NCBI GenBank assembly: GCA_049724395.1
Contig: JAUGWO010000007.1
Span: forward strand, 248,001 to 312,000
Length of the DNA stretch: 64,000 nucleotides
From: Spongospora subterranea f. sp. subterranea
Lineage: Eukaryota
Reading direction: 5' to 3'
Shown here piece by piece: positions 51,601 to 64,000 of this stretch. The translations under genes were made by a program, and so were the position numbers. The notes under the pieces are model-generated. The model was not told the DNA's origin, searched no databases, and saw only the letters and a program-made list of their open reading frames with translations. The first letter of the stretch is position 1. The number at the start of each line of letters is the position of its first letter.

Positions 51601-51724
51601 TCACCAGTTCTGGATCAACCCAGACTGTGGCCTGAAGACCCGTGGCTGGACAGAAACCAAAGCTTCTTTGCAGAACCTGGTCGAAGTCGCTCGCGTCTTG
51701 CGCTCTCAGTACTCTAAAGCCTAA
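48666..51724 (+). CDS. metE: Cobalamin-independent methionine synthase
   Basis: [95 protein letters not shown]. Confidence 0.98.
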
Positions 51725-51816
51725 ATACTTCTCGGCCTGTTTCATTCTGGATTAACTGTTAAAGCACTCATTTAACTCTTATACTTTATTGCGAAGCTCT
51801 CAATCTCCCATTTGTT

Positions 51817-52807
51817 TTACGGTTGCAGCTGTGCTGGTACAGTAATATCGTGCCGGCAAAGGGCACAGAATCGTTTGACTCGCAACCAGGTTTCAATGCA
51901 ATCCTTGTCGAACTGTGAGATAGAGATAGGCCCGTTTAGCTCACTAGCTCTCCGAAAAACAACCTCAACAACACCTACCGAGTGGCCACAGGGCAGGGTC
52001 GTGATCTCATTGCCGATCACGAAGTCGTTCATGCAGATGGCGCATTGGGTCGTCACGGAACTGTTGGATTCATTGGCCGATGGAGGTCCTTGATATCTGC
52101 TGTGTTTCAATCTGGCGATCATTCGTTCCGAAGCCCTTTTCTGCCCGACACCGCACACGTGCACTGATAGAGCAAAACAAGTCAAAAACACAAATTGTTT
52201 CTGAATGACACGCGATGGTCAACTGACTGATGAACATGGCGACGGGAAAACATAGGCAGATGACAATGCAGATCAGCAAGGGAATGAAGATGTAAACGTA
52301 GACGATGGCGATTAAAGCAATGGCGTAGTAATAGGATATGGGGGCAGTTGTCCGGCAGGGCGATAACGACTTGGCGTAGAACCAAATATTGCCCAGGATC
52401 CAGGCGAATATCGTGTAGTATTGCGAGATGTTGCTCGCGACCTTGATCCAATTGGGCGGCTGCGATTGGCGGAAGACGGCGAAATCGACCAACGACACCA
52501 GTAATGGGATGCGGACGATGAGACGCGACGAGTAGAGAATGATCCACGGTTTGATCGGCTGTGGAGCACAATGTTCAGTGTTCCACGATATCGCCAATAC
52601 CACCGACGACATGATCAGCTCGATCAGCGAATAGATTATGATGAGCAGCTGCAATGGCGCCCGTCGCCAAACCAACCGCAGTCGGGTGAAGAGCGGCGGC
52701 GGCGGTTGCGGGCGGCGGCCGGTTCCCTGGCCAGCCCCGTCCATATCCTGTGGTTGACGATCGCCCGCTGACGTTGATAACGGCCCTCGTTCATAACCCG
52801 CGATCAT
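51817..52807 (-). CDS. Multi-pass membrane RING E3 ubiquitin ligase (3 exons)
   Basis: TM helices with WILGNIWFY...CRTTAPISYYY...LICIVICLCFP; RING CAICMNDF...LPCGHS|FDKDCIETWL...CALCR. Confidence 0.88.
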
Positions 52808-53135
52808 TCATCCCCAGAACCACAAACCGCATTACTGATTCTGTAAATGCCGGAGAGGGCAGGGCGGAATGTAGCGCCAGGAGAAAGCGCGACGGAACGA
52901 CCCCCCTTCCGGCACACACACACATCCGGTCACCGCGGGGCAACGGACCAAACACACACGCGATGGCCAACTCCGATGAACGGAATATCGGAGGGAACAT
53001 GAGGACGAAGCGGAACACGATTGAGGTGTGTGTTGGACGATCACGATGAAGTACCTGATGGGATATCGTGTACTGGGTGAGATATAAAGGGGGGAGTGTG
53101 TTCGACGACCGGACAACCACGTTCGAGAATATTCG

Positions 53136-56100
53136 GTGGCGGTGGTGGCGATGGGCGAACGGGCGACGGCCGATGATCTGGATAAACCACGAGCCGATGA
53201 CCAGGATGACGACGACGACCTCAAACAGCACGATCGCGTTCATCAGGAACACGCCCAGCGGTTGACGCTGGCGGCAACCGCCCGGGCCACGATCGTCGCC
53301 AGTCGTCTCATGCATCTATCGCAGCGACGATCGGGGAATGGGGAACGGTTCAGCGCCCAGAGCCAGACACCATCACAGGTGTTTCACGACGGCGACTTCA
53401 TGGACCGGGTGAAAAGCGATCCATCGGCGGCGGCGGCGGCGGCCGGTGCATTACACGCCGGTCATGTTGGCGTTCAACTCCCTGACCAGATCCCGACGAA
53501 CATTAAAGGGCCAGTCGAGGTGTCCATCGACCAGATCGAACGACACCGCCTTGGCGACCTTGATCGATCGGACGGTGAGTGAGCCATCGAACGGGTCGGA
53601 ATCCGATCGGAAGGGCGTGTTCCTGATGGCGGCGAGAGCCGTCCTGGGTCTGTGCCCGATCGGGTCGGCCGATAAAATGGAGGGCGATTGTGTTCGATTG
53701 GTGAAGGAGGCGCTGGTCCCCGATCAGTCGATCGACGACCTGGTGGCGATACTGGATCAGCCCGAACACGTTTATCGCCTGATGAAGGACGACCAGCGGA
53801 TACGCCGATCGAACATCAATCGATCCAAGACCGAGTTCCTGCAGTTCGACGCGTTCAGTTCGTGGAAGAAATCGGAGAAAGACGCGATCCGGTCGCTGCT
53901 GAAGGAGTCGGACGCGTTCATGAAGAATCAGGAGAAGTTCGTGGCCGATAAACGGAAGGCGATCGCGAATGCGATGGGGGATCGGAGGAATACAGCCGAG
54001 GGCAATAAGGCCGACGATGATCAATGCTGCTCGTGCTGTTTACCATCGTCGGGGGCGGCGACATCGCGAGCCGCCCCCGCCGACGGCGAACGAAGGCGGT
54101 CGTCGGTGGCGCGATCACAGGAACAGCGATCGGTGTCGACGAGCGAGGTGGTGGTGATGGAGGGCGGCCATCCAGAACGGCCCGTCTCGTTCGCCGTCGG
54201 CCTGAACTGGATCACGATCGCCCTCGTGCGATACGCCAACAGGAACAACCCGGAGGTGGTGGTGAAGGTCGGCGATGATGGTAAGGTGTGTGTTGGGGCG
54301 GGGGCGATCCGTCCGTCAATGGTTCGCGATCTGATCGATTGCCCCCGATAGTGATACAGAAACAGGCGATGAACATGGCCTGGCTGGACGACAACTCGCT
54401 GTTCGTCATCGACTGTTGGTGTCGTCGTTATGGGATCAGGGAATCGCATCGCGCCCTGGTCCTGTTGGAGCTGCTGTCGCGATATCCCCAGATCAGCGCC
54501 GCGTATTTCTGGGACGCCATCGACCTGTACGAGCCGCTGGATCTGGCCCAGACCGCCAACTCCCTCAAACTGATCGAACGATCGACCCTTCACCGCCTAT
54601 CGTCGTTATCGTCATCGTGGTGTCGCGCCTGTCTATCGTCGTATCACGATCACTTCAACGGCGACACCGCCGTCAAAGGACTTGGGGAGTGTGTTCGACT
54701 GGCGATCCTGTGCAGGAAACTGAACGGGACCGCCGACGATCTGGCCAACGAGACCGCCCCGCGATATATCGACCGGATCTGCGAGGCGGCGCTGGCCAGG
54801 CGCTACGAATACGTGGTGGAGGCGGGGCGGAAGATGAAGGACGACCAGGTCCGGCGGCAGTTGAACGGGAGCGGCGATCACGACCATCGTCAGCAGGGGC
54901 GGGGCGTGGTCACCGCCGACCCGCAACGGGACACGATCATCGGCGATTGCCGGATCGTCAGCTCGTTGCACCTGATCTATGTGATGCAGCTGCTGAAGAA
55001 GGAGATTGACGACGATATCCACAACTTCGGCCCAATCCTGCAATCGTCGGCCGGGTTCAACGCCGCCCAGGAGACGTCCAGTCTGTATTTCCCCCTGATC
55101 TGGACCGATTTCCAGCTGTTCCTTCGGGTGCAGAAATCGCTGATCGACCTGGACCGGGAGACGGTCGGGAACGCGCCCGAATCCCTCGACCCGTATATAT
55201 TCCAGCTCTATAGCGAGCTGCGATCGCTATACGAGTTCTTCGCGCCGCACGTCGATCTGCCCGATATCAACGTGGGCGAGCACTTCGCCCCGTTCGTGGA
55301 CCGGTGGTTGGAGATCCAGAAGGAGCAGTTCTCGTCGAGCCGGATCGAGGGCGCCATTCGCAGCGATAAGTGGATGGCGATCGGCGACACGATGTGCACC
55401 ACCAGCGTTATCGACGTGTTCGCCCTGTTATACCCGTTGGCCGACGCCTTCCAGCACGCCCCGTATTCGGCCGCCCAATCGATCAAGTTCGCCGACCTGC
55501 TGGCGTCGTCGGTCAGCTACTACGTGCGGCGTCTGGGGGAGATGATCGCCCACGATATCCATCAGTCCCATGGACGATTCACCGAGGTGATGGCGCTGCG
55601 CCTCAACGATATCCAGATCTGTAAAGTGAAGTTGGGCGATATGTTGAAGGACATCAACCTGGAACGGGCGTAGGGTTTTGTGATTCGCCATCGCCGTCGT
55701 CGTTCCTGATTCCGCCGAATTATTGATCAGGTATGGGCGACCACCGAAACTGACCGAATCCGAGGTCGACGACGACGACGAGTTCGAGCGGTTCATGGAC
55801 GGGGGAATATCGAACGAGGTGATGGACGAGCTCGGCTGTAAATCCACGTTCAAGTACATTCAGGAGGTATTGTGTCGTGGTGATGGCGATCACGATCCGA
55901 TCGTGGGTTGAACTGTGGGATTTGGGTGTCGACAGACGGTGGAGTCGTCGGCGTACGAGATCGCCACGTCGATGAGCACGTTGTGGGGCGCCCTGGTCAC
56001 CGACCTGATCCTGCACAGGCCGCTCGACCTGGCCATGGATATCGACACGGTCGAGCAGTTCCTGGGGCCGTTGTGGGAGGAGCTCAGCGCCACGATCGAG

Positions 56101-56608
56101 TCCATGATCAAGAGCGTGTTCCAGACCCAGGAGCTGTTCAGGTCGTTGCTCCATTGTGTCGTGATCGCCCTCGAGTATCACCTGATCCCCCAGTCGACCA
56201 AACTCACCATGAACATCTGCCAAGTCCATCGGGCGAAAACGGCGATCGAGGTCAGTTCGCGATCTGTTGTTGCGATTTGTGGTCGACACTGATTTTGGCG
56301 ATCGGCGACAGCTGATCAGCGAGTTGTTCAAGTATTATGGGCTGGAGACGGCGGCGATCGAGGGAGTGAAGGCGGTGGTCAGGGTTCGGTATATGATCGA
56401 GCTGGAGCTGGGCGATACGGCGGCGATCGCGGCGATCTGGGCGACGTGTCCCGACGAGAAGGCGAAGGTGTCGGAGGAGGAACGGGTGAGGTCGCCGCCC
56501 TATCTCACCCGACCCCATCTTCGTCGGATCCTGCTCCTGAGGAAGTCGTTGGGGGATCCCACCGCCACCGCCTTCCTCAAGGCCAATAAGAAACCGGGAT
56601 GGTTTTAG
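53136..56608 (+). CDS. Munc13/MUN-domain (MHD1) tethering-like protein, multi-exon
   Basis: EHFAPFVDRWL...AIRSDKW...CTTSVIDVF...ALRLNDIQ matches the MHD1 pattern. The 5' part has frame irregularities. Confidence 0.65.
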
Positions 56609-56775
56609 GCCCCGCCGCCCCCGATCCCCTCAATATCCGCCAACAGAATAAAACAACACATTGTCATTTTTCGGGTCCACGAGATCGGCGCCGGATCGGT
56701 TCGGTGTCGTCATCACGATATCACTAGGGTTAAAGGGAGGTCCAGAACAACCAAACACGATCGGGATTCCATTGA

Positions 56776-56836
56776 TCAATCAGGTCGTTTCCCGGTGATG
56801 GTGAAGGGGTTTCAGGTTCGAATCCTGTTTGATTGA
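56776..56836 (+). ncRNA. tRNA-like mini structure with a perfect B-box, no anticodon arm
   Basis: GGTTCGAATCC at 56815-56825 within a CAGG/CCTG stem; terminal stem TCAATCAGG/TTTGATTGA. Confidence 0.3.
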
Positions 56837-57406
56837 CGCGATCGTGACGATCGACACAGAATGGCAATTTCTCCATTGTATTGACTATATAGAACAGCTC
56901 TTTTACCGTTCTTCGTCAGATCGACTGTCGAACCGTCTCGGTAAACCCCGTTCCCCCAAAATCACACCGACCGTTCCGGCGCTATTGGATAGCATTGTGA
57001 GGTGCTGATCGACCCGACGATTCTGGTGTCTGGACCACAAGTTTCCCCCGAAACCGATCCGACAGGTCTCTGGAAATGTTGATCGGTGAATGGGTGTTAT
57101 TGTGGTCTGTTTTCGGCCACAAAACCACCTTTCCAATGCGATCTGGGGTCGATCAGATCATGTGACCACTGGTCTCCCGATCTCGTCCACCAATTCCGTT
57201 CGATCCGTACATCTGTACTTGTCGTGATCAAACGGTATTGGATTGTGTTCAGTGATCAATGTCGAATTATGGCGCTACAGTTCCGTACCCCAATCCCCTA
57301 GTTCGGTCAAAGGTACCAGACCGGTTCTATCGATCCATCGATCACCCCCCGGCCCCCAACAACCAACGCCGGTCATAATCCTAATCGGCCTGTGATCGTG
57401 TTGGAC

Positions 57407-60400
57407 ATGACGCCGCCCATGTTGTCGATCGTGCTCCCGATCGCCGTCCTTCTGTCGGGGGTGGCGCTAGCGGCCGGACCCGCCGTCGTCTCGACCAGCT
57501 GGCAGTTCAAGAACATCGTGGTCGACTCGATGGAGATCCGCGCCTTCATCGTCAAGGTCAAGTTCGACCAGCCGATCTACATCAATGGCCTACCGATCAC
57601 CCACGCCAACCAGACCTACATCGCTCCACAACACGATCAGGGCGGGTGTAATGGCGGTGGCGGTGGCGGTGGCGGTCCAACATGGCCAGCCCTGACCGTT
57701 AGTATGGCCGGCACCACTAATATCTCTTGCACCAACTTCCTGTTCCAATCGCGGTTCACCCAGTCCGATTTCCCCAACTACCTCATGGCGACGTTCCTGA
57801 CGCGCGACGTCGGGTCGACGTTCCTGGGCGCGATCGGGTCGTTCATGATGCCGGAATACGTGGACCCGAACGGGATCGCCTTCATCAAGCTGATGTCGGC
57901 CAAGCAAGGAGGGCAGGTGCAGATGTCGGAGGCGACCGATTCCGATATTCTCACGTGTGGCAACAAGGTCATCACCATCGTCCCGTCGGCGATCAAGAAC
58001 GCCCAAGGCCAGCCGATCACGTCGTCCACGATCACGATCACGTCGTCGCCGACCATGGCCACGTGCGATTACGATGGGATCTCGGCGTTCAAGGACGCGT
58101 TCACGTACGTGGCCGATATGGCCAAGAAGCTGGTCCTGGACGCGTCCCTGTTCGATCAGTTCAAGTTCCTTCAGGGGTCGTTGGAGAGTCGCGACGTCCT
58201 CGACGCCTGTAAACAGCTGGTCGCCCCGATGTTCAGCACCAAGGTGTTGACCAAGACCCTGTTGCCCACACAGCAGTGCCTGTTCCCTCAAGGCAGTCGG
58301 GAGTTCGCCGCCTCCCCCTGCTGTAATCGCACCCTGCAATACACCCAGTGCTGTGCCCCCGTTTCGGTCGTCGCCAATCTCACCGTCATCAAGGACATTC
58401 AGACGAGCGTGATCCAGTCGACCTGTTCCAATCCGGATAAGATCCTGCTCAGCCTGTACTCGTATATCAATTCGCTGAACCCATCGTTGACCTTGTTCGA
58501 CACCCAAGATGAGCTGTCGAACCGGTGGCAGAAGTTCACCACGACCTGTTCCAACCTGATCTACTCGCAGAAATGTGCTGTCGACGCCGACTGCCTCTAC
58601 TCGAAGAGCTGCGACAGCAATATGGGTTCGTGCAAGGTCCCATGGGGGTTGGACGCCGACCTCACACTGCAGTGCTATTACGACCAGTTCGACCCACAGC
58701 ACCGAACGGCGTTGGCTGGGTCGTGGGGGATCAGCGACGACAGCAAGACCGCCTTCGTCGCCAAGATGGGATCCCTTCTCCTCAAGGACGACTGTGTCGG
58801 CAATAACGCATTCAATCTGCAATCGCGGTCAGCGCCCTCGCCGTGATGTGTTCCGACGTCGATCGATCGCCGTCGTGTTTGTTGAGTCGCGCTGACCTGT
58901 GAATTTGATCAGGTGCCAGGGCGATAATAACGGCTGCACAACGTGCACGGAATCGAATCGGACCCTGTGTCTGGCCGAGAAATCCTGCAACTGGAACAAC
59001 CAGATCCAGAGCCAGCAGGAGTGTCTGGCCACGAATCCGGTCGACAGCTACACGTCGTTCTGTGGCCAGTGTTGGAACGGTGGCGCCAGTTGTTGGTCCC
59101 AAACATCACCCGATATGTGTGTCGCCGATTTCTACCGCACCAAGGCGGATTGCGATGGCGCCAATCTCAACCTGACCTGGTAAATCATCTCGTATATCGA
59201 TTATGACCCCCCCCGATCGCCTTCCTTAGAACTGGACGATTATAGGTATACACCGGCGTGGCAACAAGGGCAATGTGTTGACGCCTCCAAGAAGAACGCC
59301 TCGTCCTGTCTGCCATCGACGATCTGTAGCCAGGTCACCAGCGATGGACGAGGATGTGATTCGGTGAGAAATGATGGGTCGTTCGGGTTTTTTGGGGCGG
59401 TGGCGCTGATTGTGCTGTAATATTAGGGCAATACCCATATATGTTATGCACCGAATGTGAACCAGACCGTGTGTAATAGTGCCTCATCAGTCACCAGAAC
59501 ACACGATGGCCAACAATACAATCTGGTAATTGAGGACGGGGACTGACACTTCATTCGTATATAAACACTAACTGGTGATATCGTTTGTTTTCAGCAATGG
59601 CAATCGTGGTTGAACAATCAGACCGGTCTATGCGCCGTCTCCAAACAATGGCAATCGCAGCTCCCGTTCACCCCATCGTTCTGCTCCAGTTTCTCGTCGG
59701 CCGTGGGGAATAAACCGGTCCTGTTCTACCCCGGTCGAACCTGGACCGAAGGGCAGCTGAACACGCCCGAGAAATGCGCCATCGGGCGGTGCAATTGGAA
59801 CGACCCCCAGGGGCGCGAATCCGGCTGGAACTTCGGCAAAGCGCAATGCGAATCGCGATCGATGTGTAGCCAGAGCTGTCCACGATGCCGAACCTGGCAA
59901 TGGGGCGGTCCAGGGTTCTGCTACGCCACCGCCACCAATATCACCATGAACATCTGCTTTGAAAAACAGGGAAACTGGATGGACAACGTCGTGGGCCAGA
60001 CCGGACGCTGCTTCTTCATGCAGGATTCGGCGACCGGGTCGCAATCGGCCTGTGTCGCCGCCGGGGCCAAACAGGGATTGCAGACCAAGTTCGCGTCGTG
60101 CGAGGGCGAATCCATCGACACGTGCGCGGCGCCGTCGACCGCCAGCGTCGGCGAGCTGGGCGCGTTCCTCAAGTGCCAATGGGACATGAACGCGCCGTGT
60201 CGCACGCCCCAGGAGTGTGCCCAGGCCGGGCGATGCAGCGACGACGACAAGTCGGTGTGGACGAACGATGGCGTCTCGCGTGCCGGTGCATGTCGTGTCG
60301 ATAACCACCCCGATCAATATGGATGGCCGGCTGATTGCGGCAGTCAAAAGTCCAAGACGCTCCCACGTTCGAACACGACGTTAACCTGGTCCAGGTCCGA

Positions 60401-61657
60401 TTCGTCGAGTCGTTCCCCGTTTCGGGTATTGACCGGATTGTGTGTGTCGTTTGTGGCGATCACAGGTTCCCCCTGAAATGTATCGATCCGGTTCCGGCCA
60501 ACGCCAGCGCCTGCGCTGCGATCGGCGGTCAATGGGTGACCCGAGCGAAGACCAAGGAGGAGTGCCTGGCCGATAAAGCGTGTTTCAGCGAGGGATCGAA
60601 CTGGGCCAACGGGATGAGCTCAACGCAATGCAGTCGGTGTTCGGGGACGACGTCATCGCTGTACGACTGGTCCCCTGGAAAGTGGATCAACGGGTCGATG
60701 ATCCCGTTCCAATGGGCGCCCAAGCAGTACTCGTCGGTGAACGCCTGGGCGAAACGCGTCGACAATATGAAGCAGTGGGATGCGCTCATCAATCCGGCCA
60801 TCAACTTCTACCTGGGTTCGGCCCAATATGGCCAGCTCACGTCGAAGTACTCGCTGGTCGCCGACCTGTACAAACAGATTTCGTGCGCGTGTTCACCTGG
60901 TCATGAAACCCGACAGTGTTTCGGGTCGATCGAAGCGTCGCCGGTCGGATCCACGTACCTGCAGAAGGGGAAGCTGAACAAGCTCGAGACGCCGTTGGGT
61001 GTTGTGAAGGCCATGGTCGCCAGCGATAACAAGACGCACGCCAATCGTCGTCGGCTGCTCGCCGATGGGTCGGTGTCGATAACGGTGTCGCAGGTGACGG
61101 CTCAATCGTTGGCCGTCGTGGTGAACAATCAGCCGAACTATGAGGTGGTGCTGGCGGCGCCCAGCACCAGTAAGGTCGTTGGGGAATTGGCGGGCGATGG
61201 GAGCGACATCTCCGGGTTCTCCCCGTCCATCACGTCGGCGTCCGTCACGCTGAACTTTGCCCAAACGATAACGGTGAACAAGACGACGTACCCGGTCGGC
61301 TGGATCGGCAAGCTGGTCGTGAACAAGGTCGTGGCCATGAAAGGGATCTCGGTGGTCGTCGGTAATGGGTCGGTGACGACAACGAACATCACGACGGATG
61401 GCACGTATTTCCCCATATTCCTACAGCAGAACTGGAAGACGTTCGCGGTCACGACCAAGGCGCCAACATCGACGGCAACGGTTTACAATCTGCAGTCGTC
61501 CGGCGCGCCAACGACTGCGACCACGGCCGGACCAACAACAGCTGCTCCACACACGGCCGCCACCACAGCTCCGACATCGTCAGCGACACCATTCACGTCC
61601 TCATCTATGATCATCACATCTGTTCTCACCACGTTCCTCGTGGTGTTCCTGTTATGA
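57407..61657 (+). CDS. Large Cys-rich secreted, probably GPI-anchored cell-surface protein (multi-exon)
   Basis: Signal peptide MTPPMLSIVLPIAVLLSGVALA; dense Cys/Trp modules; RRRLL site; Thr/Ala/Pro stalk; terminal hydrophobic MIITSVLTTFLVVFLL with no cytosolic tail. Confidence 0.85.
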
Positions 61658-61820
61658 ACGATATCGCTCAACGGACGATATTGTGTTATAAAATCTCAGC
61701 CTAGCGCGTTGACGGTACCTAATAAATCCGTTGAAGTTGTTCGAATGGACAAACGACTCCGAAATATATTTGATCCGAATTAATATGGCGTTTCTAAAAC
61801 ACATCCCTGGGAGGACAATG

Positions 61821-64000
61821 TCATGATATTGTTCTAAACTGGCGAGATTTCTTGATAAACTTGTCGATGTCGTTCGCGATTCCTTGTTCCGCTGATTTCA
61901 GGTAGGATTCCAGGGCTGGTGTCCGGCCACGATGAAGCTGAAGAATCAAGCCGATGGCGGTTTGGGCTGGGATCATTACTGAATGGCTCCCCTCTGTCGC
62001 CATTGGGATTAGCGTTCTGATCACCTGATCCAATAGTATTGAACGGGAGAAGAACAGATCAGGATCGGCTTTCCCAATGACACCCAATTGCGTGGCCAAC
62101 TCCATTTGCACGTCGAGGTTGATGTCGCGGCTCATGCCGATCATGATCGAGACGACCATATCAACATCAGCGCCACATTTCGATAGAAGCAGAGCGGACG
62201 CCATGGTCAATCCCGTTGACCTGATGGTGGAATCAGTATCGCGTAGTGTCATCTGCATCATCATCATGCAATCGGCGAGATCAAGCTGGGAACCCGATCG
62301 CCGGATAACGGCAGCGGCAGCTAATGCCATTCCATGGCGTGTCTGACGAAACCCATCAGATACAAACCAAATCGGGATCGGTTCTTACCCACCTGCCAAT
62401 CAGCTGATACAGACGGCGATGATAACCGGTCGAACAGCTCGCGACAGTCACCGTCGTTCTGAAACAGTGCCGACAAAGTGCCAAAAGCAATGGCGGCTTC
62501 TACACGAAGTGCATCATTTGACATTGACAGGCACCTCAATAAGGTTGAGTCGATTGATGGAAAGAACTGTGGGGATATGGCAGAGCCCTGGATGAAGGAC
62601 GTTGTCGTCAGCGGCTGGACAAACACGGATCATGAACTGATTTGGAACCGACCACAGAGGACAGAAGACCAGCTATTGCTTTGGTCATGGATGCGATCAT
62701 GAGTTCATCATTACAGGAGCGAATGGCCGCCACAATTTCCTGTACTAGGATATCCGCTTTACGAGGAGCTAAGGTCAATAGGGACGCCAGCGCCATCGCT
62801 GCATTGTCCCGGACAGAGACGTCAGCGTCGCGTAAGTTCTTCGTGAACGTGGCCTGGAGTTGGGGGACAAACGGCTTCATGTGCGATCCGGCACGATCAA
62901 GAAGAAGGCCGAGGGTGCTCAGTATAGCCGCTTTAACAGGGGCCGGGAACCTATCCCCGACAATTCGAATCAGAGGTCCTGAATAGGCGATATACACGGT
63001 CAAGCCACCACGATGGGTATAGCCCCTAGCGATCAATACCGGTGATCTTGACAACATACGGGCGCAATGCATCGGGGCTGGTGAGGCTGACCAAATCCCC
63101 TAAAGCCGACGCCGCCTGCTGCCGTTGCTCGGCCGGGCCATTCAACAGGCCGAACTGGTAGATGGTCAACAGTGCAGTCAACCCGTTAGGAAGGCAGAAC
63201 CCTGGAACCGTGACCTAATATAAACCAACAAAACAGTTCATCAGATTGGCAATCGAAACGCAACTAAGCCAACGATTCTCAGACCGAGTCGAACTTAGAG
63301 CGACGGCCACATTCGCGGGCAAGCCTTTGAACTGCTTGACGAACAAACGATAGATGGGGAACTAATTGCTCCTACAAACACAGTTGAAACAATCAACCTG
63401 CACGCGCCATGACGAGGAATACCATACCTTTTCACTGGATTTGGAAAGTTGATTGAGACCTTCCAGCCCCGCTTGCTGCAACGCGACGTTCGCTGACGAT
63501 AATAACGACAAGAACGCACCAAGCACCGACCTAGTTCAAAACAAGCTCAGCCGAGGTTCAGGCAATGTAATGGTCACCTACTCATATTCGGAAGAAAAGT
63601 CAGAGCGGGTACCACCACAAAACGCCGCCAAGAGCACGGCAGAAACCAATTTCAAAGGTATCTGAGATTCGCGACGATCATCCAGAGCGGCACATAGACA
63701 TTGGACAACAGAATGCATTGCCTGAACACAAAACATATTAAAACCGTGGAGTAAGACGCCCGGCGTCAGATATTCACATCGGAGTGAACTTGAAGAACGA
63801 ATTCGGTAGCGGCGTCGGTAATGGCTTCTTGAATGAGAGGATCATCTGTATTGGCGACAGCGTTATGGTACCAGGGGATGATGGAATCGATGTGCATATC
63901 GATTGATGGACCATAGACGTCGGCGAGCGACGACAGCACACGAGCGGAAAACGGGGTGGCAGGGGACGAGACCTGAAAGAAAACATTAGCGACAAAGACC
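61821..64000 (-). CDS. GCN1: eIF2-alpha kinase activator Gcn1, C-terminal HEAT region (5' part beyond the window)
   Basis: GFCLPNG...GLLNGPAEQRQQAASALGDL...LRPYVVKITG|PLIRIVGDRF...VKAAILSTL...KPFVPQLQATFTKNLRD. Confidence 0.93.

Noticed and set aside
53420..53600. Frame switching in the 5' part of the MUN gene as programmed recoding
   Set aside because: Third-position GC suggests the coding frame alternates more than once within ~150 bp. That pattern fits residual long-read indel errors and also lowers the odds that the other +1 breaks are biological.
57590..58822. 410-aa antisense ORF and similar long shadow ORFs over NMD3 and the MUN gene
   Set aside because: Expected stop-poor antisense frames of high-GC3 coding sequence.

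Overview
Gene-dense eukaryotic genomic DNA with short (~45-75 nt) GT-AG introns. CEP19 implies a flagellated stage; a compact protist genome such as a plasmodiophorid is my inference, not established. Recognisable genes in order: TMEM135-like, Golgi-type GT60 GlcNAc transferase, Kv-beta aldo-keto reductase, VPS53, DCAF4-like, DUSP11-like phosphatase, E2F, PAPS/UAA transporter, acyl-CoA oxidase (SKL), mitochondrial bL19, DNAJC21, PEX6, CEP19, NMD3, MetE, membrane RING E3, MUN-domain protein, a large Cys-rich GPI-type surface protein and the 3' end of GCN1. Decayed transposons occupy ~6.0-10.9 kb (hAT relic plus a TIR-bounded P-like element) and ~42.8-43.5 kb (Gypsy gag). The main findings are: (1) a spliced gene, invisible in the ORF track, with six tandem copies of a CCHC zinc-finger-like module I do not recognise (C-x3-QPPDG-x3-GC-x4-H-x4-C-x2-W), followed by TPRs and an acidic tail; (2) transposon relics repeatedly rearranged into fold-back inversions that could make hairpin RNA; (3) a GC-rich block dense in the palindrome CGATCG; (4) several +1 frame breaks in conserved genes, most probably assembly indels. 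Exon boundaries were read by eye and some gene ends are approximate.
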